60,000 nucleotides of DNA. It comes from Lytechinus pictus (taxonomy: Eukaryota). Numbering within the stretch: the first letter of the stretch is position 1; every line of letters begins with the position of its first letter. The notes beneath the pieces are model-generated. The model saw nothing but the letters and a program-made list of their open reading frames with translations, did not search any database and was not told where the DNA came from. The DNA is taken from positions 19,780,001-19,840,000 of the forward strand of contig NC_087245.1 of NCBI RefSeq assembly GCF_037042905.1, given 5' to 3'. A program made the position numbers and the translations under genes. Below, piece after piece: positions 1-11,202 of the stretch.

Positions 1-1046
1 ACTACACAGTCTATGGCCACTCTAGGCGACACCCCAATACTTACCCGTGCTAATAAACTGGGACTCCACTCACGCGCGTTTGGGCCTCCCTAGCTTAGAA
101 CTAAGCACTAATATCACCTTAAAAACTAAATCTACAAGGTATGTATAATCTATTTACAAATTTAATAATGTTTAATCGGTACTCACCGGTTCTTTTGTTG
201 CATTTTCAGACCATTTCTCACAATTCTTCGTAAATATTTGCGGCAAATTTTGTCGCCATAGACAGCTTAGCATCCATCTTTATTGATAAATGGAGCGCCC
301 TTTACGATAGTTGTTAATGCCGCGGAGAAATCGTTAGGCATTTTGGCCTGTGTTCAAGGCGTTCTTTCTGTTTTATTTTTTATATTGAAGATTGTGCATT
401 TGTTGAATAGCGCCGTCTACGTCAGGTATGAGATCGAGTGTATAAATACAGTATCGCCCAAAATAAAGTTGACACCCTTAACGCACGTAACGCCGCACCG
501 GCCCGTATTGCGTTTATTTTTTCATTAACGTTCACGCGCGTTATTGCCAGCGCGGAAGGATATCAAAAAAAAAGGAGGGGAGCTCGTAGACGTACGTCTC
601 ATTATTGCGATAATCGAACGCGATATTAACGCAATAAACATGAAGATTGTCATAATGAGATGAATCGGCGCGCCGATGTTTTGCTAAAACCTAAATATCT
701 TGAAAATTAATACCACCCTCATGGGGATCGAAATACAGAAAATCCAAGGGTATCGATTTGGGTTGATTAACGGTGCGCTAGTCGAACACACTCGAGCCGT
801 TTCGGAGGAGGTGACTGTGTTTGGCCATACCTCGGAGATGCCGGCGCAATTGTCTCGTGCCGTCATGAGAAAGCTCGATCTGTTCTGATTTGGAGTTCAG
901 TTGTTTTCCCCACGATTCATTAATATACTCGCTTTAACTTGTGTCACTTTCAAAGAATTCACAATTGTCTTATCTTGTTTCATTTTATTTAAATGCGTGT
1001 AGTTTGTGCAAGCGAGACCAACCCAAGGATACAAGCAGGTGCGGCT

Positions 1047-1183
1047 CCTACCTCAAGTGATCGTGCAGGCTCCACTCCATTTCAGTACCGCTACATCGCT
1101 CCACCTACCCGAATAGTCGAGTAGTGTAGCGATATCTAGTGAATTGGAGTAGTGGAGCCTGCATGAACATCATTTGAGGTAGG
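1047..1183. mobile_element. Small palindromic MITE-like element
   Basis: CCTACCTCAA..GCAGGCTCCACT is inverted to AGTGGAGCCTGC..TTGAGGTAGG. Confidence 0.5.
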
Positions 1184-1185
1184 AT

Positions 1186-1521
1186 CACTAGCGTACCCAC
1201 GGGGGGGGGAGAGCAGTCTGCCCCCCCCCCCCTGACGAGTCACAACTAATGCAAAAAACGTAAACATGCCCCCCCCTGACGAGCTTGAAAAAACTTTTTT
1301 GCCCCCCCCCCCGACGAGCTTGAAGACTTTTTTTTATTTTTTCCGTAATGAAATCTTTTATATGTGATTGAATACCTTTTTTTTTTTGCTTAATTGTCTA
1401 ATTTTTTTTTTCGGAACAAAATCTTTTTAAATGTGATTGAAGACCTTTTTTTGCTTGTCAAATTTATTGGCGGACGATTTTGCCCCCCCCCCCCCCGTGG
1501 AAAATCCTAGGTACGCCACTG
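1186..1521 (+). mobile_element. hAT-type MITE with 8-bp TSD
   Basis: Ends CACTAGCGTACC / GGTACGCCACTG, TSD GGTAGGAT at 1178-1185 and 1522-1529, internal CCCCCTGACGAG repeats. Confidence 0.85.
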
Positions 1522-2059
1522 GGTAGGATCCAGGATTTTTAAGGGGGGGGGGGGCACATTTCCCCGAAAAAAAAGTTTCAACCTAAAGTAATGACATTTC
1601 GTCCAAGAGCAAAAAAATAAAAATAAAAATAAAATAAAGGTTTTCAACCCCGAATAATTAAATTTAGTCTATGAAAAGTTTTGACAAGCAGAAATTAATA
1701 AAAAAAATAAAGCACTTTCAAAAGAGGCCACACTTTTGTTTTCACTGCATTTTTACTTTGCAAATTTTAATTGTGCTAAGTGGGGGGAGGGCCGTCTGTG
1801 CCCACCCTCCCCCCTGGATCTGCCAGTGGATACAAGATAATATATACGCGGGTGTTGTACCCTTGTGTTGTGATGTAATGTTATGATGTTATGTGATGTT
1901 AAGAGAGATTGGCAGAGCGAGAGGGAGACTTGCATAAAAAAATCAGATATTTTTTCACATAGAGTAATAGCCTTGAGTAAAAAATAAGAATAAGAAGAGA
2001 GGAAGTAGAAGCCAATGAATGATCATATTGAGGAAGGAGGAGAATATATAAAGAAAACA

Positions 2060-2287
2060 CATTTCCTTCAGCAAGAAATTTATCCACATTGTGCTGCACT
2101 CGACCCAGGTGAGGTGAATGGGTACCCGGTAGCCGTAGGATTTATTCCTTGAATGCTTTAGCGCCTATATGGCCGCTCAGCTACAGCCGGTGTAATAATA
2201 ATATACCAAGTATATTTCAGCGCCTTGAGCACATAATCAATGTGGATTTGGCGCTTTAGAAATACTCTACATTTATTATTATTATTC
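2060..2287 (+). mobile_element. 5'-truncated SINE
   Basis: Shares TTCCTTCAGCAAGAAATTTA..CACATTGTGCTGCACTC.ACCCAGGTG..ATGGGTACC with the 58912 copy and has an (ATT)n tail. Confidence 0.75.
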
Positions 2288-3239
2288 ATTTACAAGATAA
2301 TTATGGACACGTCTAATGTGTTGACAATTTTGAAATTTGCATAAGTTAATAAAGTAATTCATGTTTAGAAATTATTAATTTTGAAGTAGACGTTCGACAA
2401 GGCGGCATATTATCAACCATGAACTTGTTACATGTAGAGTAAAGCAATTAAAGTAGCTATCACGGCTACATCTTCAACTGTTCAAAGAAACCACCAAAAA
2501 ATAAGCTTTTACCTGCAGTTCAGGGAAATTGATAAATTACCCCCCCCCCCCCCCATATTTGCGGAAGCTGGATCCCGCCCCTGTTCCTGTCAATTTTGGG
2601 GGCGATGATTGCACGCAAAGTGTTTAACACTTGCAGAGCGCGCAAATTTTAAATAATTTTTCTTCCCGCTCGAAGCGCGGATGCGAAATTGTATTATAAA
2701 AATGATAACAATTAAATGCCTACTTTGGTATAATCAGATCTGATAAAAAAAGATTCAACCACATTAAAAACAGAGCGAGTAGAAGACAAGTATGCTATGC
2801 AGCAAGGGAGAAGTAATCCTACCCGCGAATGACATAGATGCTCTGAAATTTCGAAGAAGAGCTCAAAGTGTGAAAGGCAAGTTGTAAGCTAGAAAAAGCA
2901 TTTTCCTATCCCATGCACGCGAAGAACGGAAACCTCTCTGATTTATTTTTTTGGGGAAAATATCAATTTCGCTCAAACGTTAGGCCACTTGTATTGAAAA
3001 AAATAATAATTGGTTAAATTCGAATAGTTTTCACATAGTTTTATTTCTAATAGTCTAGATCTAGCCATCAGGGGCGTATCAGCGTACAGCCAGTGTCGGT
3101 GGTCGGTGGCAAAGGGGGGGGGGGCAAGAGCAAAAAATGTCCCGGTCATATGGTAACACGAACAGGATTTTTTATAATTGTGCCCGGGGCATTTTTAGCT
3201 CAATGCGTGATATTTAAACACAAAAAGACGGGGAACATC

Positions 3240-4615
3240 ATGGTGACTTCTCTTTTATTTCATTTCCTTTTCGCCATTGTCAGAATAATGCTTCTTTTAT
3301 ATTTATTAGAGAGTTCATAACAAAAGGTACATAAAATATATGTTAACTCCTTAGCATCTCAAAACAATTTTGAAACATGTCCTGATCATTCGTTCATTAA
3401 ATCTGAGATGTTTGTGACTTCTACTTTATTTCCTTTTGCCTTTGTCGGAATTTTTCTTTTATATATTTCTTAGAGTTCATAACAAAAGGTATATAAAATA
3501 CATTTTAACTCCTTAGCACCTCAAAACAATTTTGAAACATATCCTGGTCATTCGTTCATTAATCTGAGGTGTTTGTGGATTCTCTTTTATTTCGTTTCCT
3601 ATTTGCCGTTCTCGGTATAGTGCTTCATTTATCTTTCTTACAGAGTTCATATCGAAAGGTATATCAATTATATTTTAACTCCTTAGCATCTCAAAACAAT
3701 TTTGAAACATGTCCTGATCATTCGTTCATTAAATCTGAGATGTTTGTGACTTCTACTTTATTTCCTTTTGCCTTTGTCGGAATTTTTCTTTTATATATTT
3801 CTTAGAGTTCATAACAAAAGGTATATAAAATACATTTTAACTCCTTAGCACCTCAAAACAATTTTGAAACATATCCTGGTCATTCGTTCATTAATCTGAG
3901 GTGTTTGTGGATTCTCTTTTATTTCGTTTCCTATTTGCCGTTCTCGGAATAGTGCTTCATTTATCTTTCTTACAGAGTTCATATCGGAAGGTATTTCAAT
4001 TATATTTTAACTCCTTAGCATCTCAAAACAATTTTGAAACATGTCCTGATCATTCGTTCATTAATCTGAGATGTTTGTGACTTCTATTTTATTTCCTTTT
4101 GCCGTTGTCAGAATAATGTTTCATATATATATATATTTTAGGGGGTGTTGCAAGAAAATATTTGCGATTCAATTGCAAATATTCTGTTGCAATTTCACAA
4201 CTGATTTCTACAACGTTAGCTGTAGCAAATCAGATTAAACTTCTTGTTTCAAGGAGCGGATTAACAATCAATCGCTAATTTGCAATTAATTACAAGACAT
4301 GAATGATTTAGGGACCAAGAATAGACTTACAGTTGATCGCAAGTTTCTTGCAACACCCCAATAGAGAGCTCATAAAGAAATGTATATAAAATATACTTTA
4401 ACTCCTTGCACCTCAAATTAATTTTGAAACATGTTCTGATCATTCGAGATGTGCTATAGGGAGTTACAATATATTTTATATACCTTTCGTTATAAACTCT
4501 CTAAGAAATATAGAAGAAGCATTCATGTTCCGTCAACGGAGAAAAGGAAATAAAATAAGAGAAGTCACAAACATCTCAGATTAATGAACGAATGATTAGG
4601 CATGTTTCAAAATTA
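3240..4615. repeat. Tandem array of 162/170-bp units with a terminal inverted unit
   Basis: AACTCCTTAGCA recurs at 3345, 3507, 3677, 3839 and 4009. A reverse-complement unit lies at about 4459-4615. Confidence 0.9.
4142..4359. mobile_element. MITE (PIF/Harbinger-like) inserted in the tandem array
   Basis: 16-bp TIR GGGGTGTTGCAAGAAA / TTTCTTGCAACACCCC. Confidence 0.75.
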
Positions 4616-7112
4616 ATAGCTCCATGGTTAAAGTTAATGACCCTATATAGCTAAGTACTACAACCCGTTGAACCTGACTGGGATCAATATTCGTCAATTA
4701 CGCCGTCTAGCACGTTTTGAGAACAATGGACGAAGGTGTGAAAATCACAAAGCAGCCAACAATAGGAAGAATCCGTTTCATTTAAAGTTATGCTAAGATC
4801 TCTTGCGTAGCGATTTGAATATGAATTAACCCTGAATTCCTGACTGGTCTTTATGATAAAAACATTACGCCTATTTTGTCTTCAAGACAGTTATGAGGAA
4901 ATAAGATAAATCAATGAAATAATGTGCGTGTTTTTACTTTTTACATATGTGTATCAATCGAACATCTTATTTGCTGTATTGATAAATAGTGCCAAGGTCG
5001 ATGACGTGATTTATTGATATTACACCATCTGAGTTCTCAAATAATGGTACAAGATTTTAGAAAAGAAGTTTTGAGTGTCGTCTCGTTTATATCAAATCTC
5101 AGCAAATATTAAAAAGTTTCTGAAATGTCATTACTTTGAAAGTATGCACTTCATAAAACGTGCACATCAGGGTGGTCTCCCTTAAAAGGAAAACATTTTG
5201 CCCTGTCAGGGTGCAACTCCCCATGTAAGGAGACAAAGGAGCTGCACCCCCTTCCCTATTGTCAGCGGAAAGGAAGAAAGTGATTACTCAGAGAAGTCGG
5301 AGATGGAGGGGAGAAAGAGGAAGGTAAGGATCTGTTAAAGAATATTTAGAAAAAAATGAAGAAACATAAATAGAACGGTGGGGGGGGGGGGCGGAAGGAG
5401 AGGTTGGCCAAATAACCAATTATGAAAACATTCAGGTCACTGTATCAAAAGCAAGTTCAAGTTTATTCAAAATTTTAAAAAGATATATCACATTATAATA
5501 AAACTAGATATAGGCCTACATGCGATGCAAGTGACTACAGTAAAAGTATGATTTTGTTTTAATGAAATGATGTATGTACCCTGCCTTCTCTCTCCTTTTC
5601 TCTCTTTATTTTCCTGATCACTTCAATCTTTCGTAATTAGGATTTATCATTAATCTGTAATTTATTGTAAACACTTTGATGTAAAGGATTGGTATGTGAT
5701 AATTTATTAATAAAACATAAATAAAAAAATTATAGCATAGACAAGTTGGTTAAAGCCCCCCCCCCCCCCCCCCCCCCGTGGTGCAAATCTAGCTGGTCCA
5801 ACAGTTGGGTAATAACAATGTTTATTGGCCTGATCAGACCCCCTCCCCTGGTGGAATATAAAATACGGGAAAAATAACCAGGGGGTATAACCATGTACAT
5901 TATGCAAGCTGAGGCCCCACTTTCCACATTTTCACCATTCGTTGTGCCCAATCTCGGCTCCAACTACTCTCTTCTTTTCTATTCGTTTCAACGTTTCCTC
6001 TGCCTCTCCATCGGGGGGGGGGGGGGTTACTTAGATTTGGACGGGGGTGTGCGGCTGATGTTCAAAACCAATACCCATTGAACGGGTCATTTTTGCTAAA
6101 AGGTACCCACTATTAGGGATTTATTAAAATTTGACCCCCCCCCCCCCCGCAAAAAAAATGGAGAATATGGACCCATGTTTAAGGCCAGTATCTAAAAATT
6201 AGGGCCATGATGTTTAGGGATTTTCCAGCATAAAACCAAACCCCATGTTTAGGGATTTCTTTAAAAAAGCAACCCATCCCAGCTGCACATCCCCGTATGC
6301 ATTATTTCGTGAGTACCCCCCCCCCCCGGGCTGTGAAGGTATTCAAAATTTTCTGAACGCTAAAATATTTGACTTAAGTTATCGGTAATTGCTCGTAATT
6401 AATTTCCTCGTAATTTTTCTGTTATGGCTCGACTGCATTGATTTTTTATTTGCATTTTGCAGATACCATATTAAGAGTCGTGAAATGAAAATTACTACCG
6501 AGCTAGCTAGATCTATCTAAAGTGAATAGTCTTGGAGAAAAGCGACTATCACATAAAGGGCCGCAATCAGTCATGCATTGAAGTTTTATTTATACCGGTA
6601 TTAGAAATATGTATTTGTTTGCGATTTTGGTATATTTCTCCTAGGGCTGGCTTCAAATTGTAAATGTTGTGCGTGTCGTTGAATTGTTGTCATGTTGAAC
6701 ACAACTTCCAAATCTGGACGGCAGCACACGCGTTGAGCCCGTTGACTGTGATGTACCGGGCGCGTACCGGACGCGAAATTATTTTTCCCACCGAGTTCTG
6801 GACCAACATATGAATATTCATGACTTGCGTCTTCGGATTGAGAGTACGCATGCGCGTGGACTTGGCTTCGACCAGTGCCGATCGTAAGCATTCACGTTGC
6901 TCAGAATGAATTAGCATCGTCAAATTACCGGTACCCTTACATAGTTACATAGGTCTTATAGGCTTAGATCTATATATATATATCCAATTCTTAAACACTT
7001 AATAAACTAGCTGCCATTAATGGCAAGACATGTGCTAGGGTAGGGCTAGCTTAGGCTAGCGCATTAACTTTACCTAAAATCTGGACCTGTCTAATTAATG
7101 CCTAGTACTAAT

Positions 7113-8963
7113 CAGTGTTGTAGTGCCTTGATGCTCGGCCTTATTTTTAGGACTCTTGTCAGTTTTCATATTTTTTTCTGCTTACAACCACTTTTATTAA
7201 ACAGTTAATTAATTATTAATTATTAATACTTATTGATAATATTAATAATTATTAATTATTAAATTATTTTTTGTTTATTATTATTTCTTGAAACCATATT
7301 GACACAAAACAAATACGTTGTTTATTTCCTTGAAACTGTAGAGAAATGAGATTCAATGTTGAACGATATATGATTAAAAAGAAGTAAACATTTTTCCCCT
7401 TTGTTTTGTCAATCTGACCCAAAACAAATATAAAGTTTAGAAGAGAGATAGAGAGAAGAAGAAGTCCCATCACCAATAATAAACTTAGACAAGGGGGGAA
7501 AGGGAAAGGAAAAGATGGAGTAAATGTGATATTATTTTTTAAACAATCTATTGCAAAATTAGCTTTAAATTTCTTATAGAAAGAGGGGGACAAATTTTGT
7601 TCACTCGCTCGCTTCAATTGCTTTCTTCTTTTTTTGACAGAAATTTTGCTCTATATATGCCATGCTTGGCCCCTCAAAGACAAAGTTTCTGGCTCATCAT
7701 GCCATTGACATAACCCATTTGGATATGACAAAATTGAAGACTGTGTTCAAGTTTACCAAATCTTTTCAGAATATCATTAAGACTTAAAACATTCTTGTTG
7801 GCCAAAGAAAATAATACAAGGAAAATCCTAATGGAATAGAAATCAACCTTGTTATCGTTCTTTAGAGTTAGCTATGTTTAAAGTTTGAAAATTGTTGTCA
7901 AAATTGCAGTCAGATGACAAAATTTATTCTTGAAAGCACTATTATCTTGATCATGATCATTATTATTTACTGTCATTATCATCATTAGTCATGATTACAA
8001 CACATTACCAATACATAATGCTATTTTTCATAACTGATGTATTCTTTGTTTGAAAATTCTTGATAATGGTAACAATTACAATTGATGACACTGATATTAC
8101 ACTTACTACTGCTGCTGCTAATGTTACTGGTGACTGGTATAATTGACCATTCGTGTCATTAAATATACAAAACAATTGAAAAATTTATAATTACTTATTT
8201 AAAACAAATGAAAGTACAAAATGCCTTGAAAAGGCCTTGAAAATGCCTTAAAAATGCCTTGAAATGTCAAGGCTCAAAATCCTCAAGGCCATTAAGGCCC
8301 TCTCAAGGCCAAGGCTTTGAAAAAAGTAGGCCTTAAAGGAGAATGAAACCCTTGAAACCAGCTGAATCCATATCAAAAATCAAAGAAACATATTGTTGAA
8401 AGTTTGAGGAAGATTGAATGAATAATAAGAAAGTTATGAGCATTTGAATATTGAGATCACTAATGCCATGTAGATCCTCCCATTGGCAATGCGACCAAGA
8501 TCTGTGATCATGATGTCACACACGTACAACTCCCTCGTTGCTTTAGTACTTATTTCACTTATATTCTCACTTTTATAGAATCTATCACAAGGTGAGGTGT
8601 TCTCTTTATGAGAGGACAAGTACAGAGGTTTCACAACATTATATCATTGATGAATCTTTTGTCATATGATTAGAAAGAGCAAAAAGAGATGTTTTGGGGT
8701 ATATTCTCAGTGTCCAAAAGGGGAGAGTTGTTCATCTGTGATATCATAGATCTTGGTTGCGTTGCCAATGGAGGATCTCCATAGCATTAGTGATCTCGAC
8801 ATTCAAATGCTCATAACTCTTCTATTGCTAGTCCTATTTTACTCAAACTTTTGTTGATCTTATTGTTTGATTTTTCTGCTTTCACAAAAGCTAACTTGCT
8901 CCAAGAGTTTCATTCTCCTGGCGCCTTAAGGCCAAGGCCGAGCATCAAGGCACTACAACACTG
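7113..8963. mobile_element. hAT-like non-autonomous element at the centre of the inverted repeat
   Basis: 30-bp ends CAGTGTTGTAGTGCCTTGATGCTCGGCCTT, with many GCCTTGA/CAAGGC subterminal repeats (8221-8332, 8923-8950). Confidence 0.55.
8337..8919. mobile_element. TTAA-type (Kolobok-like) palindromic MITE
   Basis: TTAA|AGGAGAATGAAAC ... GTTTCATTCTCCT, with long internal inverted similarity (about 8432-8508 vs 8743-8817). The right TTAA is not preserved. Confidence 0.65.
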
Positions 8964-10334
8964 ATTACTACTAGGCATTAGACAGGTCCAGATTTGAGGT
9001 AAAGTTAATGCGCTAGCCTAAGCGAGCCCTAGCCTAGCACATGTCTTGCCATTAATGGCAGCTAGTTTGTTAAGTGTTTAAGAATTGGATATATATATGT
9101 ATAGATCTAAGCCTGTAAGGCCTATGTAACTATGTAAGGGTACCGGTAATTTGACGATGCTAATTCTGAGCAACTGAACGTGAATGCTTACGACCGGCAC
9201 TGGTCGAGGCCAAGTCCACGCGCATGCGTACTCTTAATCCGAAGACGCAAGTCATGAATATTCATAATTGGTCCAGAACTCGGTGGGAAAAATAATTTCG
9301 CGTACCGCGAACCGCCTTCTCGACTGGAGTGAAAGGGTCCAGTCACTCGTACAACCAAGGAGATATATATCTCCTTGGTACAACTACAAAGTACAAGAAC
9401 AAGTTCTGCATTTGCCTGATCTTTGGCACAGCCTTTCTATTTCGAGGCCCAGGTTGTGGAGTAGGGATTTTCGTTTATTTGGTTCTCTGGTTATTTTATT
9501 GTTATTCTTTTACGGGCAATTGAACTATTCGGTACTTTCTGGTTAGTAATGCCTTGCCAGGGTTAAACTTGGGGGGTAAATTGCGGGATTTTCTGTCGAT
9601 TTTTATTTATTATTATTTTTTTTTTTTTTGGGGGGGGGGTCGAGTACAAAGTCGGACATCAAATTCTTAGCAAATGTGTGGATGCATACGTTATACCGGA
9701 TGTGGTTTATGAAGATAAATGGGTCAATCGATATCTATTGTTTGGTTAAGAGTAAGGATCAGGAGACAGGACATCAAAGGGCCAGGGTGTACATGCTAGC
9801 TCGGTAGGACAAGTGTGGAAAAGTAGATCAGTCAATTACCTAATTGTGAAAACAAATCCTCTTTTTAAACTTTTTTCAAGCCTAAAATTCAATTTTTCTT
9901 TAACATTTTGAAAAAAGTAGTCCTACCAAAAACCATCATTCTTACAAGTTTTCAAAAATCATGTTTCTTGGGAGAAATCCGATGCAGCGTGTTCCCTTCC
10001 CCTTAAAAATCCATAACTTAGGCAACTTTTAAGAAGTCACCATGTAATCAAATTTTTGCCTCACTGTAATGGCAACCATATGATAAATAGACATAATGAG
10101 ACAAATTTGTCCATTGACATCGTATGCCATTATGTTACCTGGTTATTGTTCATTCGTTCACTGTTTGATGTTCATGGGTGGAATCTCCTGGAAAGTTGCA
10201 GCTCTGTAAAAAGCTTGAAGTAGAAGTTCGCCTTGGTGAGAAACACGCGATGAAACTGTTCGGACCTACCTTTTAATTTTCAAATGGAATCTCAACAAAA
10301 AAATGCATACATGCCCCGGCCCTCCCCACTGCCA

Positions 10335-10775
10335 TATCATCACCATCGCCATAATCATTCATTATAATCATTGTAATCGGCAAAACTAGGATTATTATAA
10401 TTATTCTCGGCACCTTCATCCCTATCATTATCACCGTCAACGTCATAAAACATTAATTAATCATCACCGAGGGGGCCAAAGCAGGGGATATGCCCTATGT
10501 TCATAGGGTACACCAATATTTGTGTCTCCCCCCCCCCCACCGCAAAATATTATCCTCTGATCCGCCGCCCATGATCATCACTACTATTGCTATTCTCGGG
10601 ATTATTTCATCGTTACTACCATCATCATAATCTCAACATAATTATCATCATCACCATTCTTGTCATTGCCATCACGTTAGGATTACAATCACAACCATCA
10701 CCATCATGATCACCGTCATTACCTTTCTTTTCGATATGATCATCACGATCATAATAACCTTCACTGTCATCACGT
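10335..10775 (+). repeat. Degenerate (ATC/ACC)n low-complexity tract
   Basis: Repeated ATC-ATC-ACC-ATT triplets. Confidence 0.7.
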
Positions 10776-10909
10776 AAGTTACTCAGAAAATTGATTTAAA
10801 GACTGCCTAATTCGACGAATTATTCTCTCAATTGTTTCGAACGTAAGCTTAAGTTATACCTCTTAGAGAGGTACAATGCTGCATCGTACTGATGACTGCA
10901 AATAATAAT

Positions 10910-11202
10910 AAATTGGCCGCCAACAAATTTGACAAGCCAAAAAAAAAAAAAAAAAAGTCTTCAATAAAAAAATAAGTTTTCGTACCAGAAGAAAATTGAC
11001 AAGCAAAAAAAAGGTCTTCAAGATCATCAGGGGGGGGGGGGCAATAAAGGTCTTCATGCTCGTCAGGGGGGGGGGGCAAAAAAGGTCTTTTAAGCTCGTC
11101 AGGGGGGGGGGGCAGGTATATGTCTTTTGTATGGGTTGTGGCTCGTCAGGGGAGGGGGCAGAGTGCCCCTCCTGCCCCCCCCCCCCCGTAGGTACGCTAG
11201 TG
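10910..11202 (-). mobile_element. Truncated third copy of the same hAT MITE
   Basis: GGTACGCTAGTG end at 11202 and CTCGTCAGGGGG repeats. The other end is missing. Confidence 0.75.

Larger units (their letters stand above)
6771..9303. repeat. Long inverted repeat, about 370-bp arms (6771-7142 and 8934-9303)
   Basis: The arms align as reverse complements with few substitutions or indels. The duplicated spurious ORF text VQNSVGKIISR on opposite strands reflects this. Confidence 0.9.

Noticed and set aside
5755..6330. Long G/C homopolymer runs as functional G-quadruplexes
   Set aside because: Such runs occur throughout the window inside repeat families, and homopolymer lengths are assembly-sensitive.
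9745..9830. Minus-strand FPHLS..LAL*CPVS resembling a hAT dimerisation domain
   Set aside because: Too short, interrupted by a stop, and with no continuing motif.
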